Shown here in pieces: positions 18,823 through 27,430 of a stretch of DNA of 64,000 nucleotides. This DNA comes from Gammaproteobacteria bacterium (GTDB taxonomy: Bacteria > Pseudomonadota > Gammaproteobacteria > Eutrophobiales > Eutrophobiaceae). Made by a program: the position numbers and the translations under genes. Numbering within the stretch: position 1 is the stretch's first letter; each line of letters begins with the position of its first letter. The DNA lies in assembly GCA_965221695.1 (NCBI GenBank), contig OZ244905.1, forward strand, positions 2,784,001-2,848,000, in the 5' to 3' direction. The notes under the pieces are model-generated. The model was given only the letters and a program-made list of their open reading frames with translations, made no database searches and was not told where the DNA came from.

Positions 18823-19356
18823 TCAGTTACCGGAAGCACGGTGTCTTTTCTGCAACCGGGCATAATGTTGCGCGGAATAATCTATGTAGGCCAGTTCCGG
18901 GTCCGTGAGTTTACGCGCCTGGCGCGCCGGCGCGCCCATGTAAAGATAGCCGCTCTCCAGGGTCTTACCCGATGAGACCAGGCTGCCGGCGCCGATCATC
19001 GTATGCGATTCGATCACTGCCCGGTCCAGGATGATTGAGGACATGCCGATCAGGCAATGGTCTTGAATCGTACAGCCGTGCAACATGACCTTGTGGCCTA
19101 CAGTTACATCACTGCCGATGGTTAACGGATCGCCGCCGGGATTGCTATCGGACTCGTGGTTCACGTGCAGGACCGAACCGTCCTGGATATTGGTGCGACT
19201 GCCGATGGTTATGCTGTTGATGTCTCCCCGGATTACCGCCGCGGGCCATACCGAGGAATCTTCCCCCATGGTTACGTTGCCGATAACCACGGCCATCTCG
19301 TCAATATAAGTGGAAGCGGGTATTACAGGTGTGATACCCTCAAAAGCTCTGATCAT
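18823..19356 (-). CDS. Gamma carbonic anhydrase family (YrdA-like)
   Basis: IRGDIN, NIQDGSVLH, VGHKVMLHGC and hexapeptide repeats. Confidence 0.92.
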   Translation of the reverse strand: MIRAFEGITPVIPASTYIDEMAVVIGNVTMGEDSSVWPAAVIRGDINSITIGSRTNIQDGSVLHVNHESDSNPGGDPLTIGSDVTVGHKVMLHGCTIQDHCLIGMSSIILDRAVIESHTMIGAGSLVSSGKTLESGYLYMGAPARQARKLTDPELAYIDYSAQHYARLQKRHRASGN

Positions 19357-19521
19357 AATAAATTATAAAAAATTCTGATTGTTATCGAAAAACCGGCCCT
19401 GCGCCGTCCTGTGACCATATTAACATGCCTGTCCGGATAAATTATCGCCCCTTGCAGTTTGTAACAGCGGGAATGGTATGGGGCGTAGCTCAGTGAGTAA
19501 AATTTACACGGAAAATCCGTA

Positions 19522-20829
19522 ATGCAGACAGATATACGTCAACTGATAGATGAAAGGCCCATCAGCGGCCTGCAACTCCGGGTTGTCCTGGGTTGTTTTG
19601 CCCTGAACATGCTGGACGGGTTCGATGTGCTGGCCATCGCTTTCAGCGCCCCCACCATCTCCCAGGAATGGCAGTTGACGCCCTATACGCTGGGCATCAT
19701 CTTCAGCGCCGGACTTATCGGCATGACCCTGGGCGCGGCGTTCATCGCCCCGTACACGGACGTGATAGGCCGGCGTGCGATGATACTGCTCTCGCTCCTT
19801 GCCATCGCCGTCAGCATGGCCATAACCGGCATGACCGAAAACGCCAACCAGATGATCGCGATGCGGGTTTTGACCGGACTGGGGATCGGCAGCATTCTTG
19901 CCAGCCTGACCAGCCTGGTTGCCGAATATATGCCGGCCAGGAAACGCAGCCTGGCTGTGGGCTTTATGCAGGTAGGCTACCCGCTGGGCGCGACCGTGGG
20001 TGGGTTTGCCGCGGTCTGGCTGATCCAGGCATATGGCTGGCAGGCGGTATTTTATTTCGGCAGCGCCCTGTCATTTGCGGCGGCCCTGTGCGCTTTTCTG
20101 TTTTTGCCGGAATCCCTGGAATTTCTTTCCTCCCGTCAACCCGCACAGGCATTGACGAAAATAAACCGGATACTGGCCCGTATGGGCTGGCCACAACTGG
20201 AATCCATGCCGGCGGCGCCGGCAGCCGTGGCAAAGCCTTCAGTGAAAAATATATTGACCCCGGAGTATCGCAACTGGACGCTACTGTTGTGGTGCGGTTT
20301 CTTCATGGCATTCCTGACCTTGTATTTCCTGTTCAGTTGGGTCCCGAAGATTACCGTTGACGCGGGACTGCCAATTGACAAGGGCATCTACATCGGCACC
20401 GCGTTGAATTTTGGCGCATTCCTGGGCGGCGCCATCCTGGGCTACCTGTCTGACCGGTTCGGCGTGCGCCCCCTGATCATCTGGTTTTTCATCGGCGGTG
20501 TCATTTTCATGCTGGCCTTCGGATTCTCCCCGCCTGAGGTGGGGTTGCTGCTGATACTGGCCTTTGCGCTGGGATTTTGTGTACTGGGCGGATTTGTCGG
20601 TTTTTATATCTCTGCCGCGTGCCTGTATGATACGAAAATTCGCGCAACCGGCGTCGGCTGGAGCATCGGCGCAGGCCGGACCGGCGCGATCATCGGCCCT
20701 TACCTCGGCGGCGTGCTCATCAATATGGGCTATTCAACCAGCGTCAACTTTATCATCTTCGCGATCCCGCTGATCCTTGCCTGTGTCGCGATATACCTGT
20801 TACGCGCGCCGCAACTCGAACCCGGCTAG
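19522..20829 (+). CDS. MFS aromatic acid:H+ symporter (PcaK/BenK-like)
   Basis: LDGFD in TM1, DVIGRR and SDRFG loops, RATGVGW; 12 TM helices. Confidence 0.9.
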   Translation: MQTDIRQLIDERPISGLQLRVVLGCFALNMLDGFDVLAIAFSAPTISQEWQLTPYTLGIIFSAGLIGMTLGAAFIAPYTDVIGRRAMILLSLLAIAVSMAITGMTENANQMIAMRVLTGLGIGSILASLTSLVAEYMPARKRSLAVGFMQVGYPLGATVGGFAAVWLIQAYGWQAVFYFGSALSFAAALCAFLFLPESLEFLSSRQPAQALTKINRILARMGWPQLESMPAAPAAVAKPSVKNILTPEYRNWTLLLWCGFFMAFLTLYFLFSWVPKITVDAGLPIDKGIYIGTALNFGAFLGGAILGYLSDRFGVRPLIIWFFIGGVIFMLAFGFSPPEVGLLLILAFALGFCVLGGFVGFYISAACLYDTKIRATGVGWSIGAGRTGAIIGPYLGGVLINMGYSTSVNFIIFAIPLILACVAIYLLRAPQLEPG

Positions 20830-20854
20830 TCAGATATTGTCTTCCAACACTTAC

Positions 20855-20927
20855 CATTCCCGCGGAAGCAGGAATCCAGTAGGCAACAAAACTCATTATA
20901 AATAAGATTTGCATATTGGATTCCTGC
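20855..20927. repeat. Degenerate ATTCCCGC-type REP doublet between convergent genes
   Basis: CATTCCCGCGGAAGCAGGAATCCA ... TGGATTCCTGC inverted arms with an AT-rich spacer. Confidence 0.55.
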
Positions 20928-20991
20928 CCCCAGCAGACATCATAAGCGGGCAGGTTTCATCGGCATGGGTAGTTATTCGGAAATAACCAGG

Positions 20992-21828
20992 TTAATTTTC
21001 TACGATCGTATTTGATAATACGCCTATGCCCTCCAGTTCCACTTCAACCCGGTCGCCGGGGAACATGTATAGCTGTGGCTGCCGCTTGTAACCAACCCCG
21101 CCCGGTGTGCCGGTGGCGATGATGTCCCCGGACTCCAGCGTGGTGAACGTGGAGATATAGGCGATGAGCGCCGGCACCGGGAACAGCATCAGGTCAGTGG
21201 TCGTGCTCTGCACCGTTGCGCCGTTCAGGCGGGTCTCGAGCCGGTAACCCGCATTGGGGTCCGGCAGTTCTTCGGCCGGGATCATCCACGGGCCGCAGGC
21301 GCCGGAGGCATCGAAGTTCTTGCCGGGTATGTATTGCGTGGTATGCACCTGGAAGTCCCGAACCGAGCCGTCCATAAAACAACTGTAACCGGCAATATGT
21401 TCCAATGCCTGTTCCGGGCTGATGCGCCGCCCGGGCTTGCCGATGATCAGCGCCAGCTCTCCTTCAAAATCGTACTCATTGCTTTCCGCGGGTTTGATCA
21501 GAGCCTGGTCATGCCCCGATACCGAGGAAGGGTAGCGTGTAAAAATAAGCGGATGCGCTGTCCTGTCTCCACCCATCTCATCTCGGTGCGCGGCATAATT
21601 CTGGCCGATGCAGAGGATTCGGGCCGGATCCGGTATCGGTGGCAGGTAGGTAATTTCGGCCAAAGGCACGGATTTGCCGCTTGCCGCAGCGCCGGGTGCG
21701 TCTGCCAGGTTGCCCTTGCTCACGGCTGCCTTCAGAGAAGGCTCAAAATGGCTCAAATCAGCGATGACCCCGTCATTCAGCAGGCCCCAGCCGGGTTGGC
21801 CGTTATGCAGGTAAGTGACAAACTTCAT
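20992..21828 (-). CDS. Fumarylacetoacetate hydrolase family protein
   Basis: CIGQNY, DFEGEL, PGKNFD and GDIIATGTPGGVG; alternative start at 21840. Confidence 0.92.
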   Translation of the reverse strand: MKFVTYLHNGQPGWGLLNDGVIADLSHFEPSLKAAVSKGNLADAPGAAASGKSVPLAEITYLPPIPDPARILCIGQNYAAHRDEMGGDRTAHPLIFTRYPSSVSGHDQALIKPAESNEYDFEGELALIIGKPGRRISPEQALEHIAGYSCFMDGSVRDFQVHTTQYIPGKNFDASGACGPWMIPAEELPDPNAGYRLETRLNGATVQSTTTDLMLFPVPALIAYISTFTTLESGDIIATGTPGGVGYKRQPQLYMFPGDRVEVELEGIGVLSNTIVEN

Positions 21829-21829
21829 C

Positions 21830-22828
21830 TCAATTCCCATTCTTCACGGTTCGAAAGCCGATATGCGCGGCGCTCAGTGTAAGCTCCTGTGCGTGCCTGG
21901 CGGCTGGCCGGTAGCGCCGGCAATAATTTTCCGCGCACAGATAGGAACCGCCCTTGATCACTTTTACCGGCACGCCGGGCTGGCGCGGGTCATGGCCGCC
22001 GCTCCCTGGTGTGCCATGGGCCGGGTAATACCAGTCGTCCACCCATTCCCACAAGTTGCCGATCATATCGTACAAGCCGTACCCGTTCGCAGGAAAACAG
22101 CCGACCGGCGCGCTGGCGGAATAATGGTCTTCCGCGGCATTCACCATCGGGAATATCCCCTGCCAGGTGTTGGCCTGGTGTTGGCCGTCAATCAGGAATT
22201 CATCGCCCCAGGCGTACACGGCGCGTTCCAGTCCGCCCCGGGCCGCGTACTCCCACTGCGCCTCGGTCGGCAGGTCATGGCCGAGCCACTCGGCAAAAGC
22301 CCGTGCGTCCTCGTGCGCAATATGCGCCACCGGATGATGTTCCAACCCGTCGATGGAACTGCCCGGCCCTGTGGGTTCACGCCAGTTAGCGCCGGGGACG
22401 AAGCGCCACCATTGGGTCAGGTTACCGGCAGGTTGCGTGGGCATGGTGAATACAACAGAACCCGGCTTCAGCAACGCGGGATCGATATCGGGAAAGTCTT
22501 TCGGGTCCGGCTGGCGTTCCGCCACGGTGACGTAACCGGTTTCTGCCACGAATTCGCTGAATCGGGCATTGGTTACCTCGAACCTGCCGATCCAGAAGCC
22601 ATCAACCCGCACTGTCTCCTGCGGGCCTTCGTCGGGATAAAAACCGGTTGCTCCCCGGGTATAACTCCCGCCTTCCAACCATACCATTTCGCGATGTTCA
22701 GATGCATCTTTGCAATCAGCCTGGGATAGGGACACCGCGCCCATTTCCGAGCCACTGTCCAACGCGATGAAATAACCGAGTACAGCAGCGGCTCCCAGTA
22801 TCAGAGCAATGGTCAGAGCCTTCTTCAT
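21830..22828 (-). CDS. Formylglycine-generating enzyme family (SUMF1-like) with N-terminal signal/anchor
   Basis: LPTEAQWEYAARGG, NGYGLYDMIGNLWEW, GGSYLCAENYCRRYR and HIGFR. Confidence 0.9.
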   Translation of the reverse strand: MKKALTIALILGAAAVLGYFIALDSGSEMGAVSLSQADCKDASEHREMVWLEGGSYTRGATGFYPDEGPQETVRVDGFWIGRFEVTNARFSEFVAETGYVTVAERQPDPKDFPDIDPALLKPGSVVFTMPTQPAGNLTQWWRFVPGANWREPTGPGSSIDGLEHHPVAHIAHEDARAFAEWLGHDLPTEAQWEYAARGGLERAVYAWGDEFLIDGQHQANTWQGIFPMVNAAEDHYSASAPVGCFPANGYGLYDMIGNLWEWVDDWYYPAHGTPGSGGHDPRQPGVPVKVIKGGSYLCAENYCRRYRPAARHAQELTLSAAHIGFRTVKNGN

Positions 22829-23063
22829 TCGGCTATCTTACTATCAATCCGCGCCTCTCACCAAGTTATGCTTTCGGTCGCAAGCACGCCGTAGACGTAA
22901 CATATCCTGCGCGAGCATCTCATTACCTGGAAAGACTTGCGGATTTATCTTTAGAACCTGTGAGGACTTAAGCAGAGGCTCTCTGTTTGTATTCGACATC
23001 GTCCGAAAGTATAATCAGACGCTTATCAAACTTGCTTTTTTCTAATTTCCTCTACAATTCTGC

Positions 23064-23942
23064 ATGCCCTACAAGCTCGTTTTACTGGAAACGGCCAGGA
23101 AACTCGCCGAACAACATGATTTTGACGGGCAGGCCCTCAGGGAAGCCATTCCCTACCTGGAGGCGTTCCAGGGCAGAAAATTCGTGCTCAAGATCGGCGG
23201 TTCGATATTGCAGGACGAGCGGCTGATACCCTCCCTGGTCAGTGATGTTGCGTTTCTCAAGCGCCTGGACATCAGTGTCATCCTTGTGCATGGCGGCGCC
23301 CGGCAACTGGACCGGCGCATGCACGCGCTTGGCTTGAAACCGAGCAAACTGGACGGATTGCGGGTCACTTCCCGTGAAGTCCTGGACCTCGCGAACGACG
23401 TATTCCTGGAAATCAGCCGCGTGATTCGGGATGCGGTGGCCCACCGAGGATACCGGGGTGTTATCTTCGACCGCAGCAGCGGCCTGGTGCGCTCCAGGCA
23501 AAAGGACGCCGGACTGGGCTATGTGGGCGAACCGGCCCGGGTGGATACGCCATTGCTGGAGCAATTGCCTGCCGAAGCCGTACCCATTGTCAGCGCGATC
23601 ACTTCGGGGATGGAGGACGGAGAACCCGGCTACAATGTTAATGCCGATGAAGTCGCCAGCGCTATCGCCGGGGAAATCCGGGCAGAGAAACTGATATTGA
23701 TGACCGACGAGGACGGCGTGCGGGACGCGGATGGTATGTTACTGCCCACACTCACCCCAGAGCAGGCCGGAAAACTGATCAAATCAGGCGTGATCCACGG
23801 CGGCATGATCCCCAAGGTCAAGGCCTGTCTCAGTCCCCTGCAGCGCGGCGTCAGCAAGTCCCACATCATCAGGGGAGACGCCGATTCCTTCATCAACGAA
23901 ATCCTCACCGACGCCGGCGTGGGCACCGAGTTTGTGCTGTGA
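23064..23942 (+). CDS. argB: Acetylglutamate kinase
   Basis: VLKIGGS, VHGG, DGLRVT, YNVNADE and GGMIPKV. Confidence 0.9.
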   Translation: MPYKLVLLETARKLAEQHDFDGQALREAIPYLEAFQGRKFVLKIGGSILQDERLIPSLVSDVAFLKRLDISVILVHGGARQLDRRMHALGLKPSKLDGLRVTSREVLDLANDVFLEISRVIRDAVAHRGYRGVIFDRSSGLVRSRQKDAGLGYVGEPARVDTPLLEQLPAEAVPIVSAITSGMEDGEPGYNVNADEVASAIAGEIRAEKLILMTDEDGVRDADGMLLPTLTPEQAGKLIKSGVIHGGMIPKVKACLSPLQRGVSKSHIIRGDADSFINEILTDAGVGTEFVL

Positions 23943-24061
23943 CCTGCTATCGAGGGTTACCAGGTGGATTCATTCCTTGAAACAGGTTCTGATCTTCATT
24001 AAAATCATCAAGAAATCAGAAAGTTTCCGAAGTATATATTTCCTTACCATCCCTCCTTGCT

Positions 24062-24874
24062 ATGCTGAATGACGAACAAATCGCCAGGGCTGCCTCAGCC
24101 CTGTACATGGCGGAGAAGGAACGGAGACAAGCGCGGGCCGTTACCCTGGAGCATCCGGACATGAGCCTGGACGACGCCTATCGGGTTCAGGCGCAATGGA
24201 TGGCGTTGAAACAGGCCGAAGGGCGCGCCATCAAGGGTTATAAGATCGGCCTCACCTCGCGTGCCATGCAGATGACCATGCAGATAGATGAACCCGATTA
24301 CGGGACTCTACTGGATGACATGTTTTTTACCAGCGGAGTCGAAATTGATACCGCGGATTTTACCGACCCCAGGATAGAGGTCGAACTGGCGTTTGTCTTG
24401 AAGGAACGGTTGGCAGGCGAAGATGTGAGCGTGGATGAGGTCATGCGCGCGACCGATTGTGTGATACCTGCCCTGGAACTGATTGCGGCCCGCAGCTATC
24501 GGGTCGATCCAGACAGCGGTTATACGCGCAGAATACAGGACACCATTTCCGATAACGCGGCGAGCGGCGCTGTCATCCTTGGCGAACAACGCATCAGACC
24601 GGACAGTATGGACTTGCGCTGGTGCGGCGCGGCGCTGTACCGGAACGGTGTAGTGGAAGAGACCGGCCTGGCCGCAGGTGTGCTTGACCATCCCGCCAAC
24701 GGGATAGCTTGGATAGCGAGACGCTTTGCGCCCCACGGCGTGGCGCTGGAACCCGGTCATATACTTTTGTCGGGTTCTTTCACGCGGCCCGTGAACGCGC
24801 GCCCGGGTGATGTCTTCCGAGCCGACTACGGCAGCTTGGGAAGTATTGATTGCAGTTTCAGGCAACAAGCCTGA
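24062..24874 (+). CDS. hpaH: 2-oxo-hept-3-ene-1,7-dioate hydratase
   Basis: GYKIGLTSRAMQ, EPDYG, RIEVELAF, DTISDNAA and LSGSFTRP. Confidence 0.92.
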   Translation: MLNDEQIARAASALYMAEKERRQARAVTLEHPDMSLDDAYRVQAQWMALKQAEGRAIKGYKIGLTSRAMQMTMQIDEPDYGTLLDDMFFTSGVEIDTADFTDPRIEVELAFVLKERLAGEDVSVDEVMRATDCVIPALELIAARSYRVDPDSGYTRRIQDTISDNAASGAVILGEQRIRPDSMDLRWCGAALYRNGVVEETGLAAGVLDHPANGIAWIARRFAPHGVALEPGHILLSGSFTRPVNARPGDVFRADYGSLGSIDCSFRQQA

Positions 24875-24889
24875 AGCCAACTTAAGAAT

Positions 24890-24996
24890 GCCTCTGAAAT
24901 TTAGAGGCGCCCGTGCGACATAGGGATGTGCCGCCATTTTCAATCGCTTAAGGCATTGAAATTGAAGGAAACGGAAAATCGGCATTTTTCATTTCC
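24890..24996. repeat. Diverged copy of the hairpin cassette of the 1188-1338 element
   Basis: Same order of stems: GCCTCTGA/TTAGAGGC, GCGACATA-GGGA-TGTGCCGC, CATTTTCAAT/ATTGAAATTG, GGAAACGGAAAAT/ATTTTTCATTTCC. Confidence 0.75.
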
Positions 24997-25062
24997 ACCT
25001 CTGGAAATTTATCTGGTGATTTATGACTTTGAGTCGCCTCTAAGCAAACTTGTGTAAGTAGT

Positions 25063-25084
25063 CTCTGGTTAAGCCAGAGCTTCC
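25063..25084. repeat. Minimal IS5-like MITE hairpin remnant in the hpaI leader
   Basis: CTCTGGTTAAGCCAGAGCTTCC versus CTCTGATTAAGTCAGAGTTTCC; one A-T pair replaced by G-C. Confidence 0.65.
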
Positions 25085-25109
25085 CGCAACAACCATACAG
25101 GAGAAATCA

Positions 25110-25889
25110 ATGCAGTTACCCGTGAACCGCCTGAAACAGGCCCTGGCCACTGGCCGTACGCAATACGGAATCTGGCTGGGGTTGCCGGACAACACCTGCG
25201 CCGAAATTTGTGCCGGCGCCGGATTTGACTGGTTGGTCGTAGACACCGAACACGGGCCATTCGACCTGCCCACAACCCTGCGACATTTGCAGACCATTGC
25301 GGCCTATGACACGCAAGCCGTTGTGCGCCCGGTGTCCGACGACCGCAACCTGATCAAGCAATTGCTGGATACGGGCGCGCAATCTCTGGTAGTTCCCATG
25401 GTTGAATCGGCGCAGCAAGCAGTGGAATTAGTACGCTCGACGCGCTACCCGCCTGCCGGCGCGCGGGGATTGGGCACGGCCATCGCCAGAGCAGCGCACT
25501 GGACCGGGATACCGGACTACCTGCACAAGGCGAATGAACAAATCTGCGTCATTGCCCAGATAGAAACCGAGCGCGCCATGCAAGCTTTGCCGGCAATACT
25601 GGAAGTGGAAGGGATCGACGGTATATTTATCGGCCCGTCCGATCTGTCCGCTACCATGGGCCATATTGGCAATGCCCGCCATCCGGATGTGGTCAAGGCG
25701 ATGCGGTCAGCGCTGAGCGCGGCCCGCGCGGCCGGTAAAGCGGCTGGCATCCTGGCCTTCAACCCGGCTGAAATAGAGGATTATCGCAACCATGGGGCCA
25801 ACATGATCGGTGTCGGCGCTGATACCTTGCTGCTAGCTAACAGCGCGCGACAGTTGGCCGAAAGTGTCAAAAATGAAAATCAGGATTAA
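25110..25889 (+). CDS. hpaI: 2,4-dihydroxyhept-2-ene-1,7-dioate aldolase
   Basis: GFDWLVVDTEHGP, TRYPPAGARG, QIET and FIGPSDLS. Confidence 0.92.
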   Translation: MQLPVNRLKQALATGRTQYGIWLGLPDNTCAEICAGAGFDWLVVDTEHGPFDLPTTLRHLQTIAAYDTQAVVRPVSDDRNLIKQLLDTGAQSLVVPMVESAQQAVELVRSTRYPPAGARGLGTAIARAAHWTGIPDYLHKANEQICVIAQIETERAMQALPAILEVEGIDGIFIGPSDLSATMGHIGNARHPDVVKAMRSALSAARAAGKAAGILAFNPAEIEDYRNHGANMIGVGADTLLLANSARQLAESVKNENQD

Positions 25890-26631
25890 TACAGATGGAA
25901 CCTTACGAGCGGCCAACCTTGATGAGCAGAACCGTATCCATCTGAACAAGACAACAACGGAGCTGAAAAACGTCCGGTTGCTGCCCATTACCGATCAGCC
26001 GGTAATCTGTGTGGCGCTGAATTACGCCGAGCATTACGATCAATTTGCCGGCGCCTTCCGTCACCCTCCCTATCAGCGGCCGCCACGCCAACCCGTTTTT
26101 TTTATCAAGCCGGTGAATACGCTGGCGGCGCATAGAGATGAGATAGTATGTCCTGGCCAGGTTGATCAAATCCTCACCGGGGCGGGGCTGGCCTTGGTTA
26201 TCGGCAAGACTGCTTCTCGGGTCAGAAGGGGGCTGGCTTTAGATTATATCGGCGGCTACACCATCTATAATGACTTCAGCCTGGCGGAAGACAGCTATTT
26301 CAGGCCGCCGGTGACCACCAAGTGTCTGGACGGGTACGGCCCGGTCGGCCCTTACATTATGGACCCGGGGGAAATTACCGACCCCCATGACCTTGCTATA
26401 TCGACCTACGTAAACGGAGAACTGAAGCAAACGGCCTCGACCAAGGACCTGAGGCTCAGCATACCCGCGATTATCGAGACCTTGACGGAGTTCATGACAC
26501 TGTCTCCGGGTGCGGTGGTCGTCACCGGCTTCCCACCGGGCCGGGTAGCCGTGCAGCCGGGCGATGAAGTCAGGGTGGAGATAACGCAGCTCGGCTCATT
26601 GGTAAATCATATAATAAGGAGCAGGGATTGA
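25873..26631 (+). CDS. hpaG: 4-HPA degradation isomerase/decarboxylase, N-terminal subunit (HpaG1)
   Basis: PPYQRPPRQPVFFIKPVNT and SYFRPPVTTKCLDG; FAH fold; cluster context. Confidence 0.85.
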   Translation: MKIRINTDGTLRAANLDEQNRIHLNKTTTELKNVRLLPITDQPVICVALNYAEHYDQFAGAFRHPPYQRPPRQPVFFIKPVNTLAAHRDEIVCPGQVDQILTGAGLALVIGKTASRVRRGLALDYIGGYTIYNDFSLAEDSYFRPPVTTKCLDGYGPVGPYIMDPGEITDPHDLAISTYVNGELKQTASTKDLRLSIPAIIETLTEFMTLSPGAVVVTGFPPGRVAVQPGDEVRVEITQLGSLVNHIIRSRD

Positions 26632-26650
26632 TGTATGGAATAATTATCAG

Positions 26651-27418
26651 ATGAAATCAGCACGAGTAAAAATCAACGATAAGGCGCAACAGGTGATCGT
26701 CAACGACGATTACAGCGTCGTCGATAAGGATGGCAATACCTGGCAGGAGCATGAAGTCACCTGGTTACCGCCGCCGCACGGTACCGTGCTCGCACTGGGC
26801 CTGAATTACGTGGACCACGCGGCGGAACTTGCGTTCAAGGCGCCCGAGGAGCCGCTGTTGTTCCTGAAGACGCCCAATACATTTACCGGCCACAGGCAGC
26901 GCAGCTACCGTCCGGACCATGTCGAGTACATGCATTACGAGGCGGAACTGGTCGCGGTAATAGGAAAGACGGCCCGCAAGGTAAAACAGGACGAAGCCAT
27001 GGATTACGTCGGTGGTTATACCCTGTGCAACGATTACGCGGTGCGGGATTACCTGGAAAATTACTACCGGCCCAACCTGCGGGTGAAATGCCGGGATTCA
27101 CTCTCCCCGCTGGGGCCGTATATCATCGACCGGGATGATATAGACGACCCCCATGACCTGAAGCTCAGCGCCCGCGTCAACGGTGAACTGCGCCAGGAAG
27201 GGACGACACGGGACATGGTATTCAATATCCCGTTCCTGATCGAATATATCTCGGCGTTCATGACCCTGCAGCCGGGCGACATGATATCGACCGGAACGCC
27301 GAAAGGGCTCTCGGACGTACAACCGGGGGATGAGGTCGTAATAGAAGTTGAACAAGTGGGCTGTTTGATCAATTATGTGATCAGTGAGCAGGACTATTTC
27401 GGGGGGCAGACCGTATAA
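26651..27418 (+). CDS. hpaG: 4-HPA degradation isomerase/decarboxylase, C-terminal subunit (HpaG2)
   Basis: LGLNYVDHAAEL, MHYEAEL, RDYLENYYRPNLRVK and TGTPKGLSDV. Confidence 0.92.
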   Translation: MKSARVKINDKAQQVIVNDDYSVVDKDGNTWQEHEVTWLPPPHGTVLALGLNYVDHAAELAFKAPEEPLLFLKTPNTFTGHRQRSYRPDHVEYMHYEAELVAVIGKTARKVKQDEAMDYVGGYTLCNDYAVRDYLENYYRPNLRVKCRDSLSPLGPYIIDRDDIDDPHDLKLSARVNGELRQEGTTRDMVFNIPFLIEYISAFMTLQPGDMISTGTPKGLSDVQPGDEVVIEVEQVGCLINYVISEQDYFGGQTV

Positions 27419-27430
27419 CTGGAAGAAGCA

